Part shown: positions 41,364 through 54,771 of the stretch, piece after piece
Position numbering within the stretch: the first letter of the stretch is position 1
How the letters are laid out: each line of letters opens with the position of its first letter
Assembly (NCBI GenBank): GCA_951406725.2
Contig: OX597814.1
Span: forward strand, 53,506,001-53,570,000
From: Octopus vulgaris
Taxonomy: Eukaryota
Reading direction: 5' to 3'
Length of the DNA: 64,000 nucleotides
Notes under the pieces: model-generated
Told to the model about the DNA's origin: nothing
The model's input: only the letters and a program-made list of their open reading frames with translations
Database searches by the model: none
Program-made: the position numbers and the translations under genes

Positions 41364-41521
41364 AAGGCGGCGAACAAAATGCTTAACCGCATTACATCCA
41401 TCTTTACGTTCTGAGTGCAAATTCTGCCATTCATCCTTTCAAGGTCGCTAAAATAAGTACCAGTTAATCACTGGGTCGATGTAATTAACTAGCGCCTTGT
41501 GCTTATAGTAGGAGGCAATCC
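41364..41521 (+). mobile_element. Internally deleted SINE family A with a 14-bp TSD
   Basis: TSD ctatgaagtgaatt at 41350-41363 and 41522-41535. Confidence 0.85.
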
Positions 41522-41760
41522 CTATGAAGTGAATTTCTTTTATAGTTTCATCAAATATTCCATATATTGATACTAGTGATAGTACCGCAAATGCAATATT
41601 GTTTTGTTACGGCACGAAAGCCCAGCTTAGCATACTTTTTAAAGGCTGGAAAAATAACCTTTCATCACTTTGTTATTTCATTAACTAATATGTTTTTGTA
41701 GCGCGCATCGTGGGAAGCAGGTGTTATTAATGTTTTCCGTGTTCTCAAATTTAAATTTTG

Positions 41761-41851
41761 AATTACTGTACTGATGAGGAGAACGAGTGAGTAGAAATAT
41801 GATTTTACATTTTTCACTTCTCTCTAGCTCCGAAACGCGTATAAAGTTAAT
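41761..41851 (+). ncRNA. Type I hammerhead ribozyme-like motif with extended stem II
   Basis: actgta-CTGATGA-GGAG..(46 nt)..CTCC-GAAAC-GC-GTA-taaagt; predicted cleavage after 41841. Confidence 0.7.
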
Positions 41852-42106
41852 CAGAGCCGGGTAGATTCGTTACTTTTTCTCTTTACCTGCTTGAGTTGTT
41901 GAGGATTGCTGTCTGGGAAATATATTATAGTAGCAGAATAGTACTTTTTAACTGTTATTTCTAAATTTCGGTATGTGGTGGAGTAAATTTTGCTGAACCC
42001 TAATTATAATTAAACTCGTAATTATAGAAAATATATATATATATATGTCTTGTTGTCTCTTTTGTATCACCTAGTTGTCCGGATGTTTTGCGTTCTTGTC
42101 CCAATG

Positions 42107-42208
<102 letters not shown>

Positions 42209-42213
42209 CATAT

Positions 42214-42286
<73 letters not shown>

Positions 42287-42721
42287 GTGTGTGTGTGTGT
42301 GATTATGCGTTGTGTGCTTATGTGTGTCTAATTGTGAAGAATAGGTATCAACGCTATTAAAAATAACTAAACGACTTCAGTATGTGAAAACATATTGCAT
42401 GTATAAAACATATTTATGTACTTAAAATGTATTTGTCTAACATTAGAATAAACATTGGGGTTATAACCCGAAGTATTTCATCATTTCATATAAATGACTA
42501 ATTTCAGTAATTTACAACGATGTTGCACATCCGCCATATGAATTCCGCTTGATATGTCTGTAAAACCATTCATGAGTTCGAGGAATTACATATGGACGCT
42601 ATTCGTACGAAAAACAGGCAGTCTAGTTAGAGCTATCATACTTTAATGTTATGAAGAAAAACATTTAATAAATTAGTGATACTTATGTGGTGAGAAAAAT
42701 AAAATATGAGTTCAGTGGTAA

Positions 42722-43285
42722 ATATTGGTTTCAAATTTTGGCACAAGGCCAGCAATTTTAGAGGAAGGGTAAGTCGACTACATCGATCCCAGTATTCAAC
42801 TGGTACTTATTTTATCCTCCTTGGAAGGATGAAAAGCAAATTCAACTTCGGTAGAATTTGAGCTCTGAACATAAAAGGGACGAAATGCCGCTAAGCATTT
42901 TGCTCGGCGTGCTAACGATTCTGCCTGCTCACCACCTTAGTTCAGTGATTAATATTATAAAATAAGTAGGTACCAGTTGAGCACAAGGGTCGACGTAATC
43001 GATTTATCCTTTCCCCCGAAATCGTGGCCTTGTGCCAAAATTTGAAACCAATATTAATTTAATTCAAGGCGGCGAGCAGGTAGAGTTGTTAGTACACCAG
43101 ACAAAATACCCAGCGGTATTTCGTTCGTCTTTACGTTCTGAGTTCAAATTCTGCCGAGGTCGACTTTGTCTTTCATCCTTCCTGGGTCGATAAAATACGT
43201 ACCAGTTGAACACTGGGTATCGATGTAATCGACTTATGCCCTCCCCCAAAATTACTAACCTTGTGCCAAAATTTGAAATCAATAT
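42722..43285. mobile_element. Three SINE family A copies: minus 42722-42938, plus 42958-43055, plus 43067-43285
   Basis: Recognisable cores. Imperfect TSDs agttcagtg(g/a)t(a/t)aatatt and aatattaatt(t/c)aattc (43050-43065; 43281-43296). Confidence 0.88.
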
Positions 43286-44177
43286 TAATTCAATTCGATC
43301 TTTGTTATTATGGGCATGACATTATTATGGTCCTGGGTATGACATTACACTGCATCCAGTGGTGAAGCTCCATTTCAGGAGTTTTGAAGTTGTGGGGAGC
43401 ATGGAGTAACTTCTGAATTACCATTACTCCCAGGACCGTTCTCAACCTGAACGATAGTATCTGTCAGGATCCCATCTATGGATTAAATAGATTTTATAAG
43501 GATAGATTGTGCTCCTTAGCTACGGTGAAAGCAATCTGGAGGAACGAAGATCCAAAATTAATACCCTCTTCCAACAGATCCTAAGCCAGCAGTGAAAAGT
43601 ATAATTGATAAAACTAACATGAAATATCTGATGTTGGAGCGCATTCTGCCGCAGACGGACACAGAAGGGATAGATGATTATTATTACGAACAACTCCGGG
43701 GATGTTTCGTGCTTATAATATTAAGCTTCCTCAATGTAAACAAGACTGCATTATACAACTTCTGTCATATAAATCTGATGAATATTTACAATAGGGAATT
43801 ATTTGAAAGATGGCGTATGCATGCATGGCTTTGTGACCACGAGATCTTGTGTTCGTTCCCATAGCTTATTATTTTGGGCAAGTGCCTTTGCCCAAGCTTT
43901 ACGAATGAATTTCGATGAACAGAAATTGTATAGATGTCCGTCGAATAGATTGAACCTATAATTCAAAGATTCAACATTGACACAGAGGATTCACTTTAAT
44001 TCAGCCTGAGAAGTACATTAATAGTGTAGATGTCTGTAGAATACTCAGCCTCTTCGCAAACGCCATATACAGGAGAAATTAATTAAATTAATTAAATTAA
44101 TTAACGTCTCAAGAATGACAAAAAGATGCCAAAAACCTGCTCACGGGGTTTGCACGAAACATAGAAATAAACATTCT

Positions 44178-44246
44178 AGAATCTGTCCGGCAAGAAATGA
44201 ATCGGAAAACTAACTTACATGATTCATTTCTTGCCGGACAGATTCT
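44178..44246. repeat. Perfect 26-bp inverted repeat with a 17-nt loop
   Basis: agaatctgtccggcaagaaatgaatc / gattcatttcttgccggacagattct. Confidence 0.97.
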
Positions 44247-44289
44247 GTCTCTTATAGAAAAAAAGTAAGCGATGCTTCCCATCCTTCCT

Positions 44290-44535
44290 TCTATTGACCA
44301 TGGTCTTACGCAGAATAGGCAACGTAAATACATGTGGCCTGAATAACCTTAGAAGCAGAGTTAATAGCTCAATGCCCTCAGGTCACTAGATATAGATGTG
44401 GTGGCCATCAGCAAGACTAGACTTCCGATCCACAAGCTTTTATGCCTATTTTTGGTAGGTATGAGACCTACTGTCTCCAAGTTGACCGGTATTGAGAGAT
44501 AGAACTACTGTGTCGTTTCAGAAAGTTCTGAATTT
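44290..44535 (+). mobile_element. Tx1/L1-type APE endonuclease N-terminus remnant
   Basis: MVLRRIGNVNTCGLNN..LRSLDIDVVAISKTRL. Confidence 0.55.
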
Positions 44536-45038
44536 CACAATATGGATAATTTTCTTAAACCTAGAAGGTAAGTTGGTGGTATTGCATACAAGCAACATAC
44601 CACTAAATTATTTTTCAGACAGGAAACAAAAAATTTTTTAAATACAAAGAATGAAAAATTGAAACTTGCAGACAGAGCTCCAAGCGTAAATACTTAAAAT
44701 TGTACAATGAAAGACAGAAACAAAGTATTACTGGAAACAGAAATTTAACTGAAAAGGAAAAAAAATAATAATACGAACTTCTGCTGAAGAACACATCTTT
44801 TACAGAGGTGAACTGTACCTGGTGTTGTTGGCAGCAATGGTTGGGGTGGTGCTGGTAACGATGCTGGTCATAATGGTGATGCTTGTGCTGGTGGTGGGGA
44901 TGGGTTTCCGTGAATCAGCCCAAGGAGAAGGAGACTGTATGTATCAGATATGTCACTGAAGATCAGCGCCCTCATGCTCAATGGATTTACTTGCGATGGG
45001 GTGAGAAGGAAGATGACACACTTCTGATTTCCAAATAA

Positions 45039-45348
45039 CTCTAAATGCCTGTATAGTTGTGTAAAAGCTGACGTTAAGTCAGAGCACAACATGATTTTGC
45101 CCGATTATCAAACTTCAAAGGTCAGGTGCACTTTTCCATATCCCTGGGCCTTGTCGATGAAGCACAATTATTATCGCGATATAAATTTTGGAGAAAGCCC
45201 AGGCCGATGTGTGGCAAGATGTGTGCTTCATCGACTAGGCTAAAGGATATGGAAAAGTGCACCCGATCTTTGAAGTTCGCTAATCGGGCAAAGGCATGTT
45301 GCGCCTTGGCTTAATGTCACTTTTACGCAACTGTACAGGCATTTAGTG
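45039..45348. mobile_element. Foldback/MITE with ~125-bp arms and a CACTA-like terminus
   Basis: ctaaatgcctgtatagttg..gtgcacttttccatatcc..gtcgatgaagcaca versus its inverted copy. The right end reads CACTAAATG on the minus strand; AA on both flanks. Confidence 0.8.
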
Positions 45349-46239
45349 AACACTGAAATTATCTTTAATAAGCTATAGCCGGATGGAGGTTTCCATGAAG
45401 ATCCAGATACTGATAAACTCCAATATCCACAAGACTATCCAGGAGCTATACTCCATAAAAAATGCGAGAAGATAAGTTAGACTGGCAGTCCAAAACAGAA
45501 TGTCCTATTGCTGCACAAGATAGTAGTATGTGCTATGTACGGATCTTCTGTTTAGAAAGTAAAAATGAAAAGAAAAGAACACCCAGCAGCAAGGGCAGCC
45601 GCACCAGTAGAACCAGAACCCAGGGGTGAAGACCATGGGTGCTTCCTCGTACTCGTTTCCTTTCTTAATGTTCGTCTTTAAATGAAGCAGGCTACATTTC
45701 TGACTTCAAATCATATTTCAGCCACTTTATGTGAATGGACGCCTTCATCTGCTCGTAGCAACTGTCCGGTTCTGTGCTGGAAAGACTTCTTGGATTCTCG
45801 AGGATCATCGTCGGTAGCCGGTATCTATAGCATAAAGAACGGAGTAGCTTCGTTTGCTTCCGCTCTGCTTATGCTCGTAACTGCGACAGGTGGTATTCTG
45901 ATAAGAAAGGCAGCAGCAGCATAGCTTTCACTGCTGAGTTCTGCTGCTTTTCATAAGTCTGTCACTCACATTTTTGGTTTTGCTTTTCCACTTCCTCTAA
46001 GTAGAAGATATTCGTGTAGTCTTTATTACAAGTGTAGCAACTGAGTGTTGTACTTGGCATTACCAGTCTGGTTGACTTCCCTCTACTCTCTCAATACGAT
46101 AGAGTTCCAGGATAGCCTTGTGATTATCAGTCAGCAGAACCAGGAGCGGCTTACAGACCCCTCGCAACTACATGATATTGGGGACAATATCTGCCCTCAC
46201 TATTTGTCCGAGCTATTGCAAAAAGATGACAACATGTGA

Positions 46240-46497
46240 AGAGTTAACGTCTGCATGAATATCACTGTCTCCGAGTCTCCTATTTCTGAGATCAATGTGC
46301 TGTAGTTCCAACACGCATGTTGGTGCGTGAGGCTTCGTTTCTGCTTGTATCAGCTTCACTTCTAAACTTGGCTCTCAGATTCTTCGTCCAATTCCCAATG
46401 TGTCAATGATAATTGGCAGGATCATGACTTCGTTGTTCTAGAATAGGAGAATTGAAAAATTTCATCCTTGAAGTCAGTGTTCTCTTTATCACATCTT
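46240..46497 (-). mobile_element. Possible very decayed REL retrotransposon 3' end abutting a (CAA)/(CAG)n tract (46495-46640)
   Basis: The minus strand reads DKENTDFKDEI..EVMILPIIIDTLG..TKNL..GTTAH, resembling the KYxDL..IPVIIGxLG..GTAHILR C-terminus. Confidence 0.35.
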
Positions 46498-46564
46498 GTT
46501 CTTGTTGCTGTTGTTGTCGTCATCGTCGTTGTTGTCGTTGTCATTGTTGTTGTTGTTGTTGCTG

Positions 46565-46603
<39 letters not shown>

Positions 46604-46824
46604 GGTGTTATTTTTTGTTTGTTGCTGTTGTTGTTGTTGTTTTAGCGTCCGAATAATTCTTGCTCAACAAATTAAAAACATTCTCTGCACAGCATTCGCT
46701 CGCGGGTGATTAAAATTTAAGTTTCCAATATTTGCTTTCAAATTCTCCGTCACAGTTCCCAAAGCCCCGGTGATAACTGACAGGAGCATGGCCCTGTTAA
46801 CTTCTTACGCTGCACACAATGCTC

Positions 46825-46990
46825 AACGGGCGTTTCGTCTGTCTTTACATTCTGAGTTCAAATTCCTCCGAGGTCGATTTCCCTTATATCCTTTCGGGGT
46901 CGATAAAATAAGTACCAGTTAGAGACTGAGGTAAAGGTGATTGACTTACCTTCACCTGAAATGGCTGCCCTTGTTAAAAAATTTCAAGCC
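46825..46990 (+). mobile_element. 5'-truncated SINE family A with an (ATT)n tail
   Basis: tttacattctgagttcaaattcc..tcctttcggggtcgataaaataagtaccagtt. Confidence 0.85.
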
Positions 46991-47010
46991 ATTATTATTA
47001 TTATTATTAT

Positions 47011-48152
47011 TCTATGTTTGACTTTTGCTTTATATTTGTACAAGTTGGCTCCAAGTCTCACCCAGAGACCTCAAGAGACAACAGGGTTGGAAGTTCATGT
47101 TGTTGTTATGCCTAGTGTGCCATATATTTGGGGGGTGGGGATGTTGTACTAATGAATGTCTAAAAATAAAAAAATTAAAAAATAAAAAAAAAAAGGTTTT
47201 TTTTTGTTTTTTTTGTTTTTTTTTTTAAACCGAAAATTATGTTTGTTTTAAACCTTGAGATTACATAGAGAGTATTTTGCGTAGGATATGAGCAGTTCCC
47301 ATGAGCACTATCTTTTGAACTTCTGCCATTTTTGGGTTTCCTGGTATCTGAGTTAGGTAGCTATCAGCCCCTTTTGCTATCATTCCCAGGGCACCTATGA
47401 CAACAGGTATTGTTTTAGTCTTCAGCTTCCACATTTTGCTGATTTCTATTTCAAGATCTTTATATTTGCTCAGTTTTTGGTAGGTCTTGACAGATACGTT
47501 TATATCGATTGGGACAGTCATATCAATGAGGAGGCATGTTCTTTGTTTGAAGTTTTTCAATATGATGTCTGGCCTATTTGCATCTATCTTCCTGTCAGTT
47601 TGAATGGTGAAGTTCCAGAGGAGTGAGATGTGGTCATTTTCAAGCACTGGGGGTGGTTTGTGTTCCCACCAGTTTTTTTCATGGGGCAAATCCAGGTTTT
47701 TACAGATTACCCAGTGAATATATTGTGCAGCTCTATCGTGCCTGTTGAGATACTCTGTAGGCGCTAGAAGACTGCACTTGGAGACCACATGGTCAATGGT
47801 TTCATTTTGTTGCTTGCATACACGACACGTTGGACTGCTTCTGATCTTTAATATGTTGGCCTGGTAGTTTCTTGTTGGTAGGCATTGATCTTGAGCTGCT
47901 ATGATAAACCCCTCTGTTTCAGATTTTAAGCCAGAGGCCATTAGCCATTGATGGGTCAGGGCTTTGTCGATATCTGCATTATTCGCTCTCTTTGGGTATT
48001 TGCCATAGAGAGGTTTTTCTTGCCATTTATTATTCAGAATATCTAAGGCCGCAGTTTTGGCACGGGTTTTCATGCGCCTAGCTTTTTCTGTGCTTGTTTC
48101 TTGTATATCTATCTCCGAAATTGGTTGTATTCGGAATTCACTTAGATATTCC

Positions 48153-48154
<2 letters not shown>
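47011..48154 (-). mobile_element. Young 5'-truncated R4/Dong-like retrotransposon: uninterrupted ~297-codon ORF end (48154-47261) plus 3' UTR
   Basis: W..KPLYG, ETEGFIIAAQDQCLPTRNY, CCHC knuckle CRVCKQQNETIDHVVSKC, RHD, and REL NRPDII..LIDMTVP..KLSKYKDL. Flanked on both sides by (TAA)n. The RT core is absent. Confidence 0.95.
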
Positions 48155-49213
<1,059 letters not shown>

Positions 49214-49235
49214 ATTATAAGTATGATAATAATAA

Positions 49236-49731
49236 CACGGTGTAACAAAACTTTTATTTTTTCATTCGTCTTTGGCCAGTAAGTGTTACTTCGTATTTGC
49301 TTCTATCTAGAAATCAAAGGAAAATTACTATTATTCCCTTCAAACTTTGCTTTTGTGACCTGGACATCAATATTTTGAAACTGATCTATTTTCCATTACA
49401 TTTCAGACAGATTCAGCGCTGAGTTGCTTAAGCAGAACTATCATTATAGCAAATATTCTGCTCAATACCACAGATTTGTTTATTTGTCAGTTGCTTGTGC
49501 TTAACTACTTGAGCATGTCTCTTAGTGGCTGACGATATATGCATCTCTGATCATGAGCAGGAATACTGGGGGAGCATCATAACCATGTATTGAGAGGGAT
49601 TCTTTGGGGTTTGAATAAATGTAACAAAAGCAAAGTTTGAAGGAAATATGAGCCATTTTTCATACTTTCTAGAGGTAAGCAAATAGGAAATAACAGTTGC
49701 TACCCAAGGACAAAAATCATGTTATGCAATG
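49236..49731. mobile_element. Non-autonomous Chapaev3-like MITE with ~120-bp imperfect TIRs and a TAA TSD
   Basis: taa|cacggtgtaaca ... tgttatgcaatg|taa. Perfect inverted core ccttcaaactttgcttttgt (49337-49356 / 49624-49643). Confidence 0.7.
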
Positions 49732-50639
49732 TAATTATTGTTGTGATGGTAGCTGTTGTTGTTATGCTTCCTTTGCTACTACTGCTATCTTTTCAGGAGT
49801 GTGGACATGTTCAGACATAGCTCAGCGAAAATTCAGCTTATTGTGTCGGAACTTCAGTAAAACTATTTTTTGAATGATTACGATTTAAGTATCAACCCCT
49901 CTTACTTTGGCATAGCAAAAATAATGGGACTACTTTCTTGATATTTTTATATTTTTAATTATGTAAACATCTGCTTACTTGCAAAACTGTCCGTCGTCGC
50001 CCAACCTACACATCTCCAAATAATGTTAAACAGGTTTTGGAAAATTTTATAAACATGAAGTCAAGTAACAAATCTGATAAACTGAAAAACAACAGCAGTC
50101 AAACAAGTAAACACAGACATTAGCAGTACATTCACAAAAACAATGAAAATTTCACAAACGGCAACCAAGGTGAAAACAATGGCAGCAAATCTTTTGTCAA
50201 TGCTACCTGCTAAAAAGGAATTCTAAATTAAAGGCCAACTTTAAAAAAGTTAAAAGATTAAGTGACAGGTATGTCATAAAATTTACTGCTTTCTTGACTA
50301 GTGTTTTTATCAAAGGAATCTAAAGGAGAAACATGATACATCTCTGCTATAAAAAAGTAGGGTGTATTTCAAAACGTATTAACTAAGATTGGTGGAGTGG
50401 CAGAATCGTGAGAGCGTTGGAAAAATACTTTACAGTATTTGTCCTCCATCTTTATTCTTTGCATTTCCTCCTTACGGGGTCTATAAAATAAAATACCAAT
50501 GAAGTCGATTTAATCGAGTGATTTCATGCTCCTAAAAATTGCTTGTCTTGTACTTAAACCAGAAACCATTGATTGAAGAAGAGCACACGGGATTGAAGAA
50601 TAACATAACTAGTCATCAAGACCGGGAATGAGAAGAATT

Positions 50640-51100
50640 GACAGGCTAAGTTGGTGTCCTGCACAAATATCAATAGGCTTGTTTCATATTGTACGAGAAT
50701 TGCAACAGAGAAAATGAGAATGGCAACAGAGATATTGAAAATAATATAGTCTCTTTTTTCTTCATCTTTTGACACAATGCAAATTGGGTTGCTGGTGCCA
50801 ACGTGACCAAAATCGATGTGCGACTGATTGCCATAGAGCCAATACTGTACCTGATTGTGGGTGCGGATAGAAATGCGATACGGCTGTTGATGCAAAGCAA
50901 ACAGCCCAGAAATAAGTGTCACTTGAGGGCTTTCTTCTCTAAAGTTCTGACAAGGCGGAGTGGAGATAGAGAGAGCGCTGTCGGCAGATGCATATCCAGT
51001 ATTAACAGGTCCCGGAATTTTCTGCTTCCTGAAAACCTTCGTTACTAAGAAAAGTCGCCAGGCCATCGTTGTCAAGCAACTGACATTCAGAGAGAGAGAA
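50640..51100 (+). mobile_element. Very decayed APE endonuclease (Tx1/L1-like) remnant
   Basis: VRLIAIEP and LIVGADRNAI resemble the xRLxxxYAP and xxGDWNA motifs. Confidence 0.35.
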
Positions 51101-51566
51101 GAAAGCGGTCCTATAAATAGGTCTCTCAGTAGCTCTGCACAATGTAATATCCTCTCCGGTACAAGCCAGAAAATGTGTTTCAGTGATACAGGATGCTGTA
51201 TTGTGGGTGCGTGAGAGAAGAATCAACAGAATACTGGATTTTTTGTGCCATAGTAATGAAAGACGAAGGGAAGCTCCACATGCGCATTGGATTAATTCAT
51301 GCCCCTCACAACATACATGAGACGAGGAACTGCCACCGAAGTTGGACACAAAGTAATGGAGGAGTATGACAAAGTGGCCAGCAACAAATCCACCTTCAAA
51401 ATGAAATGGTTGGCGATAACCATTGAGTAGTGCTATTGACAACACCAACAGAAATGGCGAGGATCCCTGATCCGATACGTTTCAACAGTGGAATGTAGGT
51501 TGTCATTTATTGTAGGAGCAAAAGACCAAACTTTTATAGCCATAACATCGCGCGTCACTTGAAGGG

Positions 51567-51650
<84 letters not shown>

Positions 51651-52199
51651 AAGAAGAACAATGTATGACGAGCCCTCTCGCTACCAGCACATGTAACACA
51701 AAACAGTCACAACTACTAAAGCAATGCAGGCGTCATCGTCATGATCAAGCAAGCAGAACAATAAACGTGGTATCACTCACTAGCACAAAAAAAAACGACC
51801 AAAAAGACATCGAACAAGTACCTTCTTCCAAACAAGAAACGTGCAACAAAAACAATACAAACAGAAAAAAATCATAAGCACGAGTCATACAGAACGTAAA
51901 TAAGGCATGCACAGACATGCCAAACAGGCAAACCACTCCTTCATTTCGCTATTATAAAAAGAAATAACAATGGGGTTTTCTTTTTATGACAGTCTACAAG
52001 AATAAACAGGAAAAATAGAATTAAGCAGATACAGTTTCAAACACATTTTCAAGCACATTTAGAAAAATGCAATAAATATAGCAAAATTTTAACTTAAAAG
52101 ACGATAACGAAAGCACAGTCAACAACAACTCATAAACTGACAGTCTTGTAGGAAGAAAGAAGCTACCAAACATGAGCCAGATCCCAACAAAGGACAAAG

Positions 52200-53330
52200 T
52201 TTAGTGACGCAAAAGAAAAGGAATATGGTTTCCATGTTCTCAAAAGAAAACCGATGGTCATCCTGGGAAATGTGTTTTAGCATGTATGCTCCGTCGACTG
52301 AGGTAGAAGTGTATGGCTGTTATTCAAGAATAAGAATGAGACGACAGTGGGGAATGAGAAGACAGCCGATCGGATGGTGTTGCTATATATAAACAGGAAG
52401 AACAGAGTCATGGCTAGAGAAGACGTACTGACGTAGGTCCTTTGTTGTTACCTTTCCAGTACAGCATTGGTAGATGTTGCGTATAGAGGTGACCTGCAAC
52501 ATGTGATCAGTAGAGTATGCATGGACATACAGGTGCTAATTATCCCCGAAAATCACGTGTCTATCCCAAACTTATGCCCATTGTGTGATTGAAAAAGTGG
52601 TCTATCAGACTAATGGCGCAAAGCAATCCATTATTATTAAATGTGTGACAATACGAATCACATGAAAGTCACCTGCCGTGTGGAGGAAAGAAGTAAGAAA
52701 GAAGATAGCAGCAAACAGAAGCAAAAACAGCAGCAACAGTCTGTCCCTGAGATACAAACAGCTGGAGGGGAGAGAGGGATTATGGCTACTACTGCTTCCA
52801 CAGTACTTACCGCATAGTACTCCGGAGATGACCAGAGATGAAACAGAGGAAACGAAAATGTCTCATCCTCAGCAACATCAACAATAGGGTCAACGAGATG
52901 GGAGACCCAGAGACCGAAGTTTCTCTTCTTCCTCTAGTACAATGCCAGACTGAGACTCCGAGCTGCAGTTACAACAGCCTCTTTGTTACTATGAGAAAAA
53001 GATTGACCCTGAAGAAAGGTGGTAAACCGGAGGTGATATAAGATAGAAGGGGCAAAATATTAACCCAATCTGAAAATAAATATCATTGGATGTAGCTCAT
53101 GAAGAGATGTTGTCATCATTCTGGAATATATGAAATTAAAATTTTCCCAAAAGAAGGTGAGCCCTATGGCACTATAAAAGAGTAATTGAACGAAACAAGA
53201 GGAATATTTTGTTGGGTCAAGAGGAAATAGAAATTGAACACTGAGAACCCCGGAATATAGACTGTTTATGAAATGTTTCAGTACTTCTCCTGAATAGGAA
53301 GGATACAGTTATTTTCTTTGTTGTCTGCAG
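52200..53330 (+). mobile_element. Decayed LINE ORF1-like remnant with a gag-type zinc knuckle
   Basis: Y*MCDNTNHMKVTC at ~52635-52677 (CxxCxxxxHxxxxC-like); purine-rich coding-like composition. Confidence 0.35.
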
Positions 53331-54062
53331 TATACGAAGTTTTATTAACAGTATCTACAAATTTGACATTAGAACATTAGATGAGAGAAGAGATGAGGAA
53401 GGCAACCATGATAGATGTAGTAGCGGTGCCGCTAGAGCTGTCGTCTACATCTAATAGATTTGTTCGTGAAAGCAAAATATAAAAAATTACTTTTACCGAA
53501 AGTTTTTCAGAGAAAGTTAATAAATGAATGTATGTCGTGATTTTGACAACAATAATACCATGATGCAGGACAGAAAGCAGCAACGCAACACCAACAAAAC
53601 TACTATTTTTAACTATACTTGCAACAACAAATAATAAAAGTGAACAAAACAGCAATATCAATATTTACAAGTCCGACATCAAAACAGTTGAAAATGTTAC
53701 AAAATGTCAATCGAAACAAGTTGCACCAACATCAATATCAATAAGAAAATAGAAAAGAACAATAACATCAAAGAGAACAACACTAATAGCAACAGTGATA
53801 ACAACAACAACACACGGGTGAATGTCTTCAAAAACAACACCAGTAACATTAACAGCAACTAGAAAGATGAAGACATGACCAACACAACAATAGCAAAAAC
53901 AACAGCGAAAAAGCGTCACAAACTTTATCTTACTTGACAGAAACCTAACAACTAATCATTCGTGTAGTGTACGCAGAACAGCGAGAAACCAAACAATAAC
54001 GAATCCCATTCTAAATGTGTTCTGTCAGATTTGAACACCTGATTGTTGTTATTTTTCATCAG

Positions 54063-54771
54063 TGCTATCAACCCTAAGAGTATTTTATATAAAATTTCTT
54101 TCATTTTATATTATCAGTTTTGGTCAGAAGGTGTTCTCTGTTGAAGAAAAACAAGAGTGGTCAGATATTCACGTTCGAATCTGCCAAAACACATTAAAAA
54201 TGAATGTATACGTTAATTTGGGGATTGTCGCTGCTCTGTTAGGTAGATATCAGTTTGCGTCAGAAAATAATCTGTTTGCTGATTCCTATAAACATGAGCT
54301 TCTGCTCTTGCCAGATTCATCGGGGCGGTAGGGGTATCTTTGATTGATGAGGTACACTAGAGTCGAAACACTCCTCACTCTAAATGATGTGTGTTCATAA
54401 CACACGAGATTCACCGAATGAAGGTGACTTTGAGACACCGCAATGTTTCGACTTTATTGTGTACCTCCTCAAAGTTACTCCCACCGGCCTGATGGATCTA
54501 ATAAGAGCAGGAACTCTTGTTTATAGGATTCAGCAAACAAATTATTATCTGAAGCGTACTGCTAACTACCTAACAGATAACTATTCAAACAGTGCACGCA
54601 GAGCAGCGAGAACCACGAAAATAATGTATCTATTCATTCTTAATGCGTTTTGGCTAATTCCAACGTGAATATCGGATCGCTCTTTTTGTTCTTCAACATA
54701 GATCACCTCTTCACCAAAATTGAATATATATGAGTAAAACTTTATATAAAATAGTCTTAGGGTTGATAGCG
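54063..54771. mobile_element. Large foldback element, ~310-bp imperfect inverted arms
   Basis: gctatcaaccctaagagtattttatataaa / tttatataaaatagtcttagggttgatagc. The arms remain alignable inward to gtcgaaaca / tgtttcgac. Confidence 0.88.

Noticed and set aside
51200-51360. Gypsy RT-like KDEGKLHMRIGL
   Set aside because: Single weak motif with no LTR or downstream YxDD.
54340-54375. Hammerhead-like ttgatga..gaaac in the 54-kb foldback
   Set aside because: Stem II does not pair and the mirror arm reads tttgagga, so the core is not conserved.
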